In this document: piece by piece, positions 1 through 8,517 of the stretch
Layout of the letters: each line of letters begins with the position of its first letter
Numbering within the stretch: position 1 is the stretch's first letter
Assembly: GCF_049723235.1 (NCBI RefSeq)
Contig: NZ_JBNARB010000002.1
Coordinates: forward strand, 115,535 to 179,534
Length of the DNA stretch: 64,000 nucleotides
Source of the DNA: Thermovenabulum sp.
Lineage (GTDB): Bacteria > Bacillota > Thermosediminibacteria > Thermosediminibacterales > Thermosediminibacteraceae
Direction of reading: 5' to 3'
Position numbers and translations under genes: made by a program
The notes under the pieces: generated by a model
Told to the model about the DNA's origin: nothing
Database searches by the model: none
The model's input: the letters and a program-made list of their open reading frames with translations, nothing else

Positions 1-2626
1 CCTCCCAGGTATAACCTTCCTTTACATCCACAATGAGAGGAACCTTAAGTTCCACCACCTTTTCCATATGGTACTTCACCAGATTTTTTACAGCATCCAG
101 CTCCTCTAAAGGTACGTCAAAAATCAATTCATCATGTATTTGAAGCAATAGCTTGGTTCTATAACCCCTTCTTTTCAATTCCCTGTAAATCTTAACCATA
201 GCGAGTTTTATTATATCAGCGGCGGTCCCCTGAATGGGGGAATTCACCGCAGCCCTTTCGGCAAAAGACCTTAGATTGAAGTTCCTGCTCGTTATTTCCG
301 GAAGGTAGCGCCTCCTGTTAAAAAGGGTGGTAACGTATCCGGAAACCCTCGCTTTTTTAACCGTATTTTCAATGAATTCCTTAACCTTTGGATATCTCCT
401 AAAATAATTTTCTATATACTCCTTTGCCTCTTTTGTGGGTATGTTAAGGTTCTGAGCAAGGCCAAAATCGCTGATTCCGTAAATAATACCGAAGTTTACC
501 GCTTTTGCCCTGTTTCTCATCTCGGGGGTGACCTTTTCTATCGGAATTCCAAACACCTCGCTGGCCGTCCGGGCGTGTATATCCTCTCCTTTGACAAAGG
601 ACTCTATAAGTTTTTCATCCCCGGACATATGAGCAAGGATCCTGAGTTCAATCTGGGAATAATCGGCGGACAATAAAAGATGATCGGGGCCATCGGCAAC
701 AAATACCCCTCTTATTTTCCTGCCGATTTCGGTTTTTACAGGAATGTTTTGGAGATTGGGCTCGGTGCTGGAAATCCTTCCGGTAGCCGTAATTGTTTGG
801 TTGAAGGAGGTGTGAATTCGCGATGTTTTTTTGTCTACCAGGTTCAAAAGCCCATCCGCATAAGTGGATTTCATCTTCATCAAAAACCGGTATTCCAGAA
901 GTTTTTCAATTATCGGGTGTGCACCCTTCAGCTTTTCCAGAACCTCCGCATCGGTGGAATAACCCGTCTTTTTCTTCTTTACGGTCGGAAGCTGCAGTTT
1001 CTCAAAAAGTACTTCTCCCAGCTGTTTAGTAGAGTTTATATTGAAAGAGGTACCGGCAAGTTCATAGATTTCTCTGGTTAATTCCATAAGCCTCTCTCCG
1101 AATTCTGCGGAGAGCTTTTTTAATTTTTCCCGGTCCACCTTAAAGCCGGTCATTTCCATATCTGCCAGTATATGGCAAATAGGAAGCTCAATGAAATACA
1201 AAAGGCCTTCCATTCCGTCATTTTTTATTCTCTCTTCAAGAATCCCTTCTAAGGGTATCAAGGTAAAGCATTTTTCTTCGTCAGGCTTATCCTTTAGCTC
1301 CACCCCTAAGTACTCATAGGCAACGGTCTTTAAATCGTATCTATTTCGAGAAGAGTTTAAAAGATATGCGGCAATCATCGTGTCAAACTCATAGGAAAAA
1401 TCGATTCCATTCCTTGCAAAAAACTGTATTAACCCCTTGCCATCGTGGGCAATCTTTTTTATACCGTTCATGAGAAAAAGCTCTCTTAGTATATTTTTTA
1501 TATCCTCCTCTTTAAGGAAAGACTTTTCCAGGGAAAAAACCTTTCTCCCTTCGGAAAAAAGCACCCTTTCGGGAGTTAAAAACACGGAAACAACCCCGGC
1601 GCTTTTTGCATCTTCTTTCAACCGGTATATATCCTCTATATCCTTTATCACATAGGCTATTTCTTCCCGCTGTTCATTATTGCCTTCTTCTTTGTAAATC
1701 TCTTCTATTTGTAAAACCTTCTCCAGCTGTTTCCTTTCTCCGGAACCGTCGGCAGATTCCGCCAATCTTTTTATCAGGGTGTTAAATTCCAGCTCCCGGA
1801 AAAGATTTATAAGTTTTTCCCTGTCCGGCCCCTTTATTTTTAACTCGTTGAAATCTAAATTTAACGGTACATCCCGTATAATAGTTGCTAAACGCTTTGA
1901 CTTTAAAGCCTGCTCCTTATAGGCTAACAGGTTATCCTTTAACTTGCCCTTAACCCGTTCATCTTTTTCTGCCGAAAGCGCATTATAAAGATTTTCCAGA
2001 TTTTGATATTCTTTCAAAAGCTTAATGGCGGTTTTTTCACCCACACCGGGCACTCCCGGGATATTATCCGACGCATCCCCCATAAGACCTTTCATATCGG
2101 GTAAAAATTGCGGGCTGAATTCGTATTTGTTAACGAACTTTTCCGGGTCGTATACTTCCATTTCCGTAATCCCTTTTTTAGTAAGCATAACATGGGTTTT
2201 TTCGCTTACTAATTGAAGGGCATCCTTATCTCCAGTAACTATGAGAGTAAAAAGGCCTTCCTCTTCGGCTTTTTTCGAAAGAGTCCCCAGCACGTCATCC
2301 GCTTCAAAACCCTCTATTTCCAGGAATTTTATGTTCATGGCCGATAAAATCTCTTTTAAAATAGAAAATTGTCCTAAAAGTTCCTCCGGCGCTTTTGCTC
2401 TTGTCGCCTTATACTCTTCAAACTCCAAGTGTCTGAAGGTGGGAGCCTTTTTATCAAAAGCCACGGCTACAAAATCCGGCTTTTCCTCTTTTAATAGTTT
2501 AAAAAGCATGTTGGTAAACCCGTACACGGCATTGGTGGGAACCCCTTTAGAAGTCGTAAGGGTCGGAATGGCGTAATACGCCCGGTGCATCAAGCTGTTT
2601 CCATCTATTAAAAGAAGTTTACCCAT
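1..2626 (-). CDS. polA: DNA polymerase I (5'-nuclease + polymerase domains); 3' end runs off the left window edge
   Basis: Absent from the ORF track because it has no in-window stop. My minus-strand translation from ATG 2626-2624 gives MGKLLLIDGNSLMHRAYYAIPTLTTSKGVPTNAVYGF (5'-nuclease N-terminus). Further in: LLSADYSQIELRILAHMSGDEKLIE (Pol I motif A, ~600-700) and RNRAKAVNFGIIYGISDFGL (motif B, ~430-530). The plus-strand ORFs at 680-2576 are shadow ORFs. Confidence 0.9.
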   Translation of the reverse strand, partial: MGKLLLIDGNSLMHRAYYAIPTLTTSKGVPTNAVYGFTNMLFKLLKEEKPDFVAVAFDKKAPTFRHLEFEEYKATRAKAPEELLGQFSILKEILSAMNIKFLEIEGFEADDVLGTLSKKAEEEGLFTLIVTGDKDALQLVSEKTHVMLTKKGITEMEVYDPEKFVNKYEFSPQFLPDMKGLMGDASDNIPGVPGVGEKTAIKLLKEYQNLENLYNALSAEKDERVKGKLKDNLLAYKEQALKSKRLATIIRDVPLNLDFNELKIKGPDREKLINLFRELEFNTLIKRLAESADGSGERKQLEKVLQIEEIYKEEGNNEQREEIAYVIKDIEDIYRLKEDAKSAGVVSVFLTPERVLFSEGRKVFSLEKSFLKEEDIKNILRELFLMNGIKKIAHDGKGLIQFFARNGIDFSYEFDTMIAAYLLNSSRNRYDLKTVAYEYLGVELKDKPDEEKCFTLIPLEGILEERIKNDGMEGLLYFIELPICHILADMEMTGFKVDREKLKKLSAEFGERLMELTREIYELAGTSFNINSTKQLGEVLFEKLQLPTVKKKKTGYSTDAEVLEKLKGAHPIIEKLLEYRFLMKMKSTYADGLLNLVDKKTSRIHTSFNQTITATGRISSTEPNLQNIPVKTEIGRKIRGVFVADGPDHLLLSADYSQIELRILAHMSGDEKLIESFVKGEDIHARTASEVFGIPIEKVTPEMRNRAKAVNFGIIYGISDFGLAQNLNIPTKEAKEYIENYFRRYPKVKEFIENTVKKARVSGYVTTLFNRRRYLPEITSRNFNLRSFAERAAVNSPIQGTAADIIKLAMVKIYRELKRRGYRTKLLLQIHDELIFDVPLEELDAVKNLVKYHMEKVVELKVPLIVDVKEGYTWE

Positions 2627-2638
2627 AAAATCCCTTCC

Positions 2639-3655
2639 CTATAAATAAAAAATTTTTTCCTGCGGTAAAAACTTTGATAACTCTCGTACTGCAAAATCAA
2701 CCATTTTTTCTTTTATACTTTTTTCTACGGAAAACACCTTTTTTCCTTCTTCGTAATAAAAATAAAAGATTTCGTCATAGATTCCGCAAGACCTTATATT
2801 TTTCAAATAATCCTTCGGTATGCGGAATACCCCGATACCTGCATCCATTACCCATGATTTATCTATATAATTAAATACGTATTCTAAAAGTTTACTAAAC
2901 TCATCTTCAAATCCCTTGTAATATATTAACGGGTCAAAGCAAAGCCTCACCCTGAAACCCAACTCTTGCGCCTTTTTCATCGCCATTACCCTTTTTTCTA
3001 TACCGGGCGCATTTTTTTCATAAGTTTCGGCAATAAAAGGAGTGGATATTGTCCAGGAAAGTACAGCATTTTCCGCCGGTAACACATCCTTTATAGTGTC
3101 AATGTTGGCGCTCTTTGTCCTTAATTCTATAATTAAATCCTTTTTTCCCCGGCAAAAATCTATAAAACGCCGGGAATACGGCACGATTCGCTCCATCGCT
3201 AAAAGATCCGTCTCATAAGAGCAAGCGATATATAGATTTTTCTTCTCCCTCCACAGTTTTTCTATTTCCTCCAAATAATCTTCAATATTAACGAAAATCA
3301 CTATATTTGAAGAAGGATACATGCCCTTTAAAAAGCAGTAGCTGCAGTTGTAGGGGCAATTCAGTACGGGCGATGTGTAGTAAAAATTACTAAAACCGAA
3401 ATCATGACATAATTCTGGTGCTTCAAAGAGAAATTCTCCTTTTTTTACCGCAAGGATAAGTTTGACTGCTTTTTTTTGAAGGTTAAAGTTCTGCCGGGGT
3501 CTTGTAAAGACCTCCCTGTAATCGCCTATTAAAACTTTATTAGAATTTAAAAACCTGGACGTTATTTCCCGGGTAATAGGATATTCTAAGGCTTTTTCTT
3601 CTATATATAAATGGGAAAACGGACTAAACCGAAAGCCGCTTTTTAATGAGCTCAA
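2639..3655 (-). CDS. splB: spore photoproduct lyase-family radical SAM protein
   Basis: 338 aa. CPYNCSYC (CxxxCxxC cluster motif) lies near aa 100. N-terminal LYIEEKALEYP resembles Bacillus SplB VYIEPRALEYP (from memory). The start is TTG at 3655 and lies 32 nt inside the upstream gene. Confidence 0.7.
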   Translation of the reverse strand: MSSLKSGFRFSPFSHLYIEEKALEYPITREITSRFLNSNKVLIGDYREVFTRPRQNFNLQKKAVKLILAVKKGEFLFEAPELCHDFGFSNFYYTSPVLNCPYNCSYCFLKGMYPSSNIVIFVNIEDYLEEIEKLWREKKNLYIACSYETDLLAMERIVPYSRRFIDFCRGKKDLIIELRTKSANIDTIKDVLPAENAVLSWTISTPFIAETYEKNAPGIEKRVMAMKKAQELGFRVRLCFDPLIYYKGFEDEFSKLLEYVFNYIDKSWVMDAGIGVFRIPKDYLKNIRSCGIYDEIFYFYYEEGKKVFSVEKSIKEKMVDFAVRELSKFLPQEKIFYL

Positions 3656-4457
3656 AGTAGTATTTCACTTCCCTCTTGGAATCTGGTTTTATATTTAAAA
3701 ATTCTTTTAAAAAACTCAGATCCTTATCCTTTTTAACAATTTTATAGGCTAATGCCAAATTGTAGAGCCTCCGCTCCATTGTAAAGGTTAATTTTAAATT
3801 TTGGGCTATCTTTTTTAATATTTTCTCATCCTCAAAGGATAGAGGATTTTTAATAAGTTCATTGGCTTCCACTAAAGCCTTTATATAATAATCTATATTT
3901 TCCAGGTTATCCCGGATTATCCCGTAAATTTCTTCTTTATTAATACTCAAGTCATCCAGTAAATCGTAAACCACCTTTATTAACTGAATGTTATGCACAT
4001 ATAAAAAAGAAGAAGCCGCTTCAAAAAAGCCCGCCCCTTCCATATCCACAAGATCGCCCTTATTAAAGACCTTCTCCTTTCCCCTGACGGGACGGGGATA
4101 TGTAAGCAAAGTTCCCTCTATAAAAGGATGCTTCACCAGAATATCCGGGTAAAAACACCTTTCGGAAAAAGTATTGACTACCTTGTTGCAGAGAATGGCC
4201 TCCCCTTTCCGGTAATTAGGATTCACCGCCCCGGCTATCCCTATATTAAGAGCCACATCGGTTTTTTGCGCGGAATAACCGGTCAAAATGTGAGAAACCG
4301 CGGCGGAGGTAATTACCGTTCCCATGCCGGTAATAATTAAAATTATATTTTCTCCCTCGTATATATCGAATTTTGACGCATAATGATTTTTTTTCAAACC
4401 GTAAAAATCTATAACAGGTTTTGCTTCGGCGTAAAACGCACAGCAAATAAATACCAT
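3624..4457 (-). CDS. nucleoside phosphorylase/nucleosidase superfamily protein (MTA/SAH-nucleosidase-like core) with ~100-aa helical C-terminal extension
   Basis: 277 aa. Motifs: IITGMGTV, NIGIAG, DLVDMEGAGFFEAA, typical of the PNP_UDP_1 fold. RBS GGGGAAA lies 9 nt before ATG 4457. Confidence 0.5.
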   Translation of the reverse strand: MVFICCAFYAEAKPVIDFYGLKKNHYASKFDIYEGENIILIITGMGTVITSAAVSHILTGYSAQKTDVALNIGIAGAVNPNYRKGEAILCNKVVNTFSERCFYPDILVKHPFIEGTLLTYPRPVRGKEKVFNKGDLVDMEGAGFFEAASSFLYVHNIQLIKVVYDLLDDLSINKEEIYGIIRDNLENIDYYIKALVEANELIKNPLSFEDEKILKKIAQNLKLTFTMERRLYNLALAYKIVKKDKDLSFLKEFLNIKPDSKREVKYYFELIKKRLSV

Positions 4458-4497
4458 CTTTTACAGTTTCCCCTTTTTTATAATTTATAATATCACA

Positions 4498-4697
4498 AAC
4501 GAAGTAGGAGGGCAATTACCTCCTACTCCGTAACTTTTACAACTCCGTGGCTTTTAATTCGGAAGCTACAAAAGCTTGAGAAACCGTTGCCACCTTAACC
4601 CCTGAAGGAACCGATAAGGGTGTAACCCTTAGCTGGTATCTCACCGGTGCAGGTATTACGCCGCCCCCGGCAAGGGGATTATCGTCCAAAAAATAAA
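4498..4697 (-). ncRNA. unclassified structured 5' leader (candidate riboswitch or small RNA) upstream of the nucleosidase-splB operon
   Basis: About 200 nt, much GC-richer than its surroundings: I counted 35/60 G+C in line 4621 versus 15/60 in line 4441. Minus-strand helices visible by eye: CCCC/GGGG; AAGGGU-uac-ACCCUU; GUGGC..CGG..AAGCU-uuugu-AGCUU..CCG..GCCAC. It ends in an 11-bp hairpin GGAGUAGGAGG-uaauugc-CCUCCUACUUC (4501-4529). The one non-Watson-Crick pair in that hairpin is G.U on the minus strand only. GUUUGUGAUAUUAU and the RBS follow. It matches no riboswitch consensus I can recall. Confidence 0.35.
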
Positions 4698-4727
4698 GGC
4701 TCGCAGAAAGCCTCAGCTTTGCGAGCC
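4688..4727 (-). terminator. rho-independent terminator of galE (hairpin also followed by a T-run on the plus strand)
   Basis: Stem GGCTCGC (4698-4704) / GCGAGCC (4721-4727). The galE stop codon (4713-4715) sits in the loop. The minus strand continues UUUAUUUUUU. Confidence 0.7.
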
Positions 4728-5696
4728 TATTTTTTTCTCCCATTCGAAAGCCGTTTTAATAATAAAGGATAAATCATCGTATTTGGGAACCCAGTTTAAT
4801 ACCCTCTTTATCTTTTCGGTGTCCGCCACCAGCTGAGCAGGATCACCGGGTCTTCTTTCCCTGTATTCTACTGGAAAGTCTATCCCCGTTACTTTTTTTG
4901 CCTCATTTACCACCTCTAAAACCGAAAACCCCCTGCCGTATCCGCAGTTTAAAATCTCACTTTTGCCGCCTTCTAAAAGATAATCCAAAGCCTTTAAATG
5001 AGCCTCCGCTAAGTCCATGACATGTATATAATCCCTGATACAGGTGCCGTCCTTTGTAGGGTAATCCGTTCCGAAGACAAAAAGTTTATCCCTTTTACCG
5101 CAGGCGGTTCTTACACACATGGTAATCAAATGGGTGGCGTCCTTTTTTGTTTCTCCTATTTTGCCCTCCGGATCCGCACCCGCTACATTGAAATACCTTA
5201 AAGATACGTAGCTAAAATCCTCGGTAAAAGAAAGGTCCTTCAGGATGGTTTCTACAAAAGCCTTGGATCTGCCATAGGGGTTAATAGGGGAAAGGGGAAA
5301 ATCCTCTTTTATAGGCATTTTTTCCGGTTGACCGTAAACGGCGGCGGTAGAAGAAAAAATAAACTTTTTAACTCCGGTTTCCCGCATCGCTTTTAAAATA
5401 TTCATGGCTCCTGCCGTATTGTTCTCATAGTACAAAAGCGGTTTTTCTACCGACTCGGGCACTATAATCTTTGCTGCAAAATGCATCACCGCATCGGGTT
5501 TAAAATCCATCATAGCTTTTTTTAGGGTTTCGTAGTCCAAAATATCCCCTTTTATTAGCCTGCCGTAAAGTACAGAAGAAGAACTTCCGGTAGAAAGATT
5601 ATCGAAAACCGCCACTTCAAAACCCTTTTCCCCGAGGAGTTTAACCGCATGGCTCCCAATGTACCCCGCTCCTCCGGTCACAAAAACCCTTGCCAT
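4713..5696 (-). CDS. galE: UDP-glucose 4-epimerase
   Basis: 327 aa. VTGGAGYIGSH Rossmann motif, YGRSK (YxxxK), and typical GalE length and C-terminus. Confidence 0.9.
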   Translation of the reverse strand: MARVFVTGGAGYIGSHAVKLLGEKGFEVAVFDNLSTGSSSSVLYGRLIKGDILDYETLKKAMMDFKPDAVMHFAAKIIVPESVEKPLLYYENNTAGAMNILKAMRETGVKKFIFSSTAAVYGQPEKMPIKEDFPLSPINPYGRSKAFVETILKDLSFTEDFSYVSLRYFNVAGADPEGKIGETKKDATHLITMCVRTACGKRDKLFVFGTDYPTKDGTCIRDYIHVMDLAEAHLKALDYLLEGGKSEILNCGYGRGFSVLEVVNEAKKVTGIDFPVEYRERRPGDPAQLVADTEKIKRVLNWVPKYDDLSFIIKTAFEWEKKIGSQS

Positions 5697-5759
5697 AACA
5701 CCTCTCCCTTAAATCGTTTTTCTTTAAAATCATTTTAACATATTTTTACAATAATTTCT

Positions 5760-6710
5760 TTACTTTCTCGAGGAATATCCCATTCTCCTGTAGGTGTGCC
5801 TTTTCCCCCTGATGGTTATGGAAAGCTCCATTATATTTTCAGGAAAGGCCATTCCGGAAAAACCCGCATCTCCGATATGCTGAATATCAGCACCGGCCAT
5901 CTTTGCTAACAGCGCTATATTTTTGATGGTCTCCCTATCCGCACCTTCCTGGGAGGTGCCTATGGCGGTCATGGCAAGGGCTCCCTCGCTATGGATTTCC
6001 CGTATTAGCCTTTTTGCCGTATCCATATCCATGCCGGGAACGGTGCCTGGAGCCGGAATTAATACCACATCTGCACCGTTTATCGCAAATCCTTTTACGA
6101 CCTGAGGTTCGAAAATGTTTTCCCTTCCCGCTGCATGCATTTTACCGGCGATTATGATAACTTCCTCCCCGAGAATTTCCCGGCATAACTCAAGGCTTTT
6201 TACTATGTCTTCGGATGAAACACCCGTATTAGGATTGGCAGTTATTACCACATAATCAAATCCGTAAAATCTTACTTTTTCCAGATTCTCCTTTGAAACC
6301 CTTCTACCGTTGGGGAAATTTTTAACGCTTTCGGGTACCGGCTCCAAATTTACGCCTATGAACCTGCCCGTTATGCTTTTTACCCTTTTTATGTAATCGG
6401 CGTTCATCCTGTTTTCTTCAATTTTTTTAATATAATTTTTAATAAAATCCTCTGTATCAGAAAGCGATATTCCTTCATCGTCAATACCGAAAATAAATGG
6501 CTTTTCAAAATCAAAGGTGTTTAATGTTATCATATCCGCTCCAAAGGAGGCGGCAAGTTCAGCATTGCTCACCCCGTAAATTAACGGCGGGCACGATATC
6601 ACGCACTCCGCCATCACCGTTCTACCTTCCGAATGTCTTATGGTTTCAAGAATTTTCCTCTTTCCCATGTTAAAAAAATCGTTAAAAGTAAGTTCAAAAA
6701 TCCTTTTCAT
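5760..6710 (-). CDS. conserved hypothetical protein co-transcribed with EIIA (no family assignable by eye)
   Basis: 316-aa ORF. Its ATG overlaps the EIIA stop (ATGA at 6707-6710). Alternating hydrophobic/Gly-rich segments (VVLIPAPGTVPG, AIGTSQEG) suggest an alpha/beta enzyme. Confidence 0.55.
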   Translation of the reverse strand: MKRIFELTFNDFFNMGKRKILETIRHSEGRTVMAECVISCPPLIYGVSNAELAASFGADMITLNTFDFEKPFIFGIDDEGISLSDTEDFIKNYIKKIEENRMNADYIKRVKSITGRFIGVNLEPVPESVKNFPNGRRVSKENLEKVRFYGFDYVVITANPNTGVSSEDIVKSLELCREILGEEVIIIAGKMHAAGRENIFEPQVVKGFAINGADVVLIPAPGTVPGMDMDTAKRLIREIHSEGALAMTAIGTSQEGADRETIKNIALLAKMAGADIQHIGDAGFSGMAFPENIMELSITIRGKRHTYRRMGYSSRK

Positions 6711-7204
6711 AGAATCACCTCTAAAATCACGTTTTCTCCCCTTTTTACCTCTTCCAGTTCCGCCTTAATAATCCTTCCCGCGCCTTTCATATCCGGAATA
6801 ATAACGGGTGTTAGAATACTATATCCCTTTTTCTTTATAAATTCCCTGTCGAAGCTCAAAAGAACCTGCCCTTTTTTTACATTTTCCCCTTCCTTTGCGT
6901 AAAGCTTAAATCCCTCCCCCTTTAAGTTTACGGTATCTATTCCCACGTGTATCAGCAGGGGAATACCCATAGATTCCAGTACAATGGCATGCCCGGTGGA
7001 AAAAACCTGTTTTACCCTGCCGTCAAAAGGGGAGACTAGCTCCCCTTCTGACGGTTCCAAGGCAATACCATCTCCCAACATTTTTTTCGAAAAAACCTCG
7101 TCTGGAACCTTTTCAATATCCAAAACTTTTCCTGTAAGTGGAGCAAACACCAGTAATTTTTCATTTTTTGCTTCTTTTTTTTCTTTAAAAATATTGAATA
7201 TCAT
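6707..7204 (-). CDS. PTS glucose-family EIIA component (stand-alone)
   Basis: 165 aa. GDGIALEP, FSTGHAIVLES and LIHVGIDTVNLKGEGF are hallmark EIIA-Glc motifs with the two His residues. Confidence 0.85.
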   Translation of the reverse strand: MIFNIFKEKKEAKNEKLLVFAPLTGKVLDIEKVPDEVFSKKMLGDGIALEPSEGELVSPFDGRVKQVFSTGHAIVLESMGIPLLIHVGIDTVNLKGEGFKLYAKEGENVKKGQVLLSFDREFIKKKGYSILTPVIIPDMKGAGRIIKAELEEVKRGENVILEVIL

Positions 7205-7323
7205 TAATATGCCTCCTTTTCAAACCCTATTCCCCTTCCCAGCAGGACCGCTTCCCTGTTTCTTTCTTCATCTATTGCCATAACCGCGTTGTTATTTAAT
7301 ACTTTGAGTATTTTAAAGCCCAT
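7204..7323 (-). pseudogene. 39-codon relic (or mini-ORF) encoding only the CAT RNA-binding domain of a BglG/LicT/SacY-type antiterminator
   Basis: Below the ORF-track size cut-off. My translation is MGFKILKVLNNNAVMAIDEERNREAVLLGRGIGFEKEAY*, which matches the N-terminal pattern M.I.KVLNNN.V......E.....G.GIGF of PRD antiterminators. Its stop overlaps the EIIA start (TAATG). No PRD domains follow. Confidence 0.55.
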
Positions 7324-7536
7324 ATCATCACACCTTGTATTTTATATAAAATTTTCCAATCAATTTTCATTATACGTTCTTATTACCATTTCCTCAACGT
7401 ATTTTTACAAATACCTCAGATTCAAAAATATTTTTCTTGAGAAAATATTCTATTTTAAAAGGAAATACCTTGAAAAAATAGAATATATAATTAAAATATC
7501 ATAATATACAATTCTGTAATGGAAGGTGGCAAAGCG

Positions 7537-8493
7537 ATGAAGAAGAATTTTCTTGGAAATACTGGTCTGGAAGTTACGGAACTTTGTTTTGGAGCCCTGC
7601 CGATGGGCCCTTTGCAGAAAAACATGGATGTGAAAGAATGCACCGAAGTGATAGCTCATGCTTTGAGAAAGGGCATTAATTTTATCGATACCGCTCAAAT
7701 GTACAGGACCTATGACCCTATTAGAGAAGCCATAAAACAAACCGGAATTGATCCTGTAATTTCCACTAAATCCACTGCCTCCACCTATGAGGATATGGAT
7801 AATGCCGTAAAAGAAGCCCTGGAAAAGCTTGATAGAAAATACATAGACATTTTCTTTCTACATGCAGCCAGGGCTGAGACCGATGTATTCGAAGTCAGAA
7901 AAGGAGCCCTGGAATGTCTTTTGGATTACAAAAAAAAGGGCATAATTAAGGCCGTAGGAATTTCCACCCATAACGTGAAAGTAGTGGAACTTTCCGCTTT
8001 AAGGGAAGATATCGATGTAGTTTTCCCCATAGTGAATAAAAAGGGTATCGGCATTCTTCAGGGCACCGTCGAAGAAATGATTGAAGCAATAAAGCTATGC
8101 CATCAAAAGGGAAAGGGCGTTATGCTGATGAAAGTCCTGGGCGGCGGGATAATGATCAATGAATTTAACGAATCCCTTAAATTTGCCAGGAGCATTGAGG
8201 GTTACCACTCCATCGCAATCGGAATGGTAAGCAAGGAAGAAGTTGATTTTAACGTGGACTACTTTAATGGCCTTTACGACGAAAAAAGAACACCATCCCT
8301 ATCCGGATATTCCAAAAGGTATTCAGTAGTAGATGTACTTTGCAAAGGGTGCAGGTCCTGCGTAGCGGTATGCCCGGGAATGGCTATGGAATTTGACGAG
8401 GAAAGAAAAAAGGCCTATATCGTTCAGGAAAAATGCCTCACCTGCGGTTACTGCACATCGGCCTGCAGGGAATTTGCCATAAGGGTAATATAA
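7537..8493 (+). CDS. aldo/keto reductase fused to a C-terminal 2x[4Fe-4S] ferredoxin domain
   Basis: AKR N-terminus: LGNTGLEVTELCFGALPMG and FIDTAQMY. C-terminus: CKGCRSCVAVCP and CLTCGYCTSACR. RBS GGAAGGTGG lies 7 nt before ATG 7537; the track ORF starts at 7519. Confidence 0.8.
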   Translation: MKKNFLGNTGLEVTELCFGALPMGPLQKNMDVKECTEVIAHALRKGINFIDTAQMYRTYDPIREAIKQTGIDPVISTKSTASTYEDMDNAVKEALEKLDRKYIDIFFLHAARAETDVFEVRKGALECLLDYKKKGIIKAVGISTHNVKVVELSALREDIDVVFPIVNKKGIGILQGTVEEMIEAIKLCHQKGKGVMLMKVLGGGIMINEFNESLKFARSIEGYHSIAIGMVSKEEVDFNVDYFNGLYDEKRTPSLSGYSKRYSVVDVLCKGCRSCVAVCPGMAMEFDEERKKAYIVQEKCLTCGYCTSACREFAIRVI

Positions 8494-8517
8494 AAAGGCG
8501 GTTTTAACCGCCTTTTT
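8492..8517. terminator. bidirectional terminator shared by the convergent AKR and MCP genes
   Basis: AAAAAGGCGGTTttAACCGCCTTTTT. The perfect stem is flanked by an A-run and a T-run. Confidence 0.75.

Noticed and set aside
680-2576. Five plus-strand ORFs (133, 68, 72, 63 and 111 aa) in the ORF track.
   Set aside because: They lie antisense to an uninterrupted minus-strand polA frame with unmistakable Pol I motifs. Their products are low-complexity (S/F/P/L-rich) shadow translations.
4498-4697. Assignment of the leader to a known RNA class (SAM-I, TPP, T-box, cobalamin, FMN, glycine, ydaO, c-di-GMP, ykkC, ZTP, SRP, 6S).
   Set aside because: Only short chance-level resemblances were found: CTTATC/GGCAAC versus SAM-I, GGTGGCAACGG versus the T-box, GGTGAGA versus TPP CTGAGA. 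The conserved cores of each class are absent or out of order. A covariance-model search is needed.
4537-4743. 68-aa minus-strand ORF covering the GC-rich leader.
   Set aside because: It starts inside the galE 3' end in another frame, has no RBS and spans the galE terminator hairpin. The region is better explained as structured RNA.
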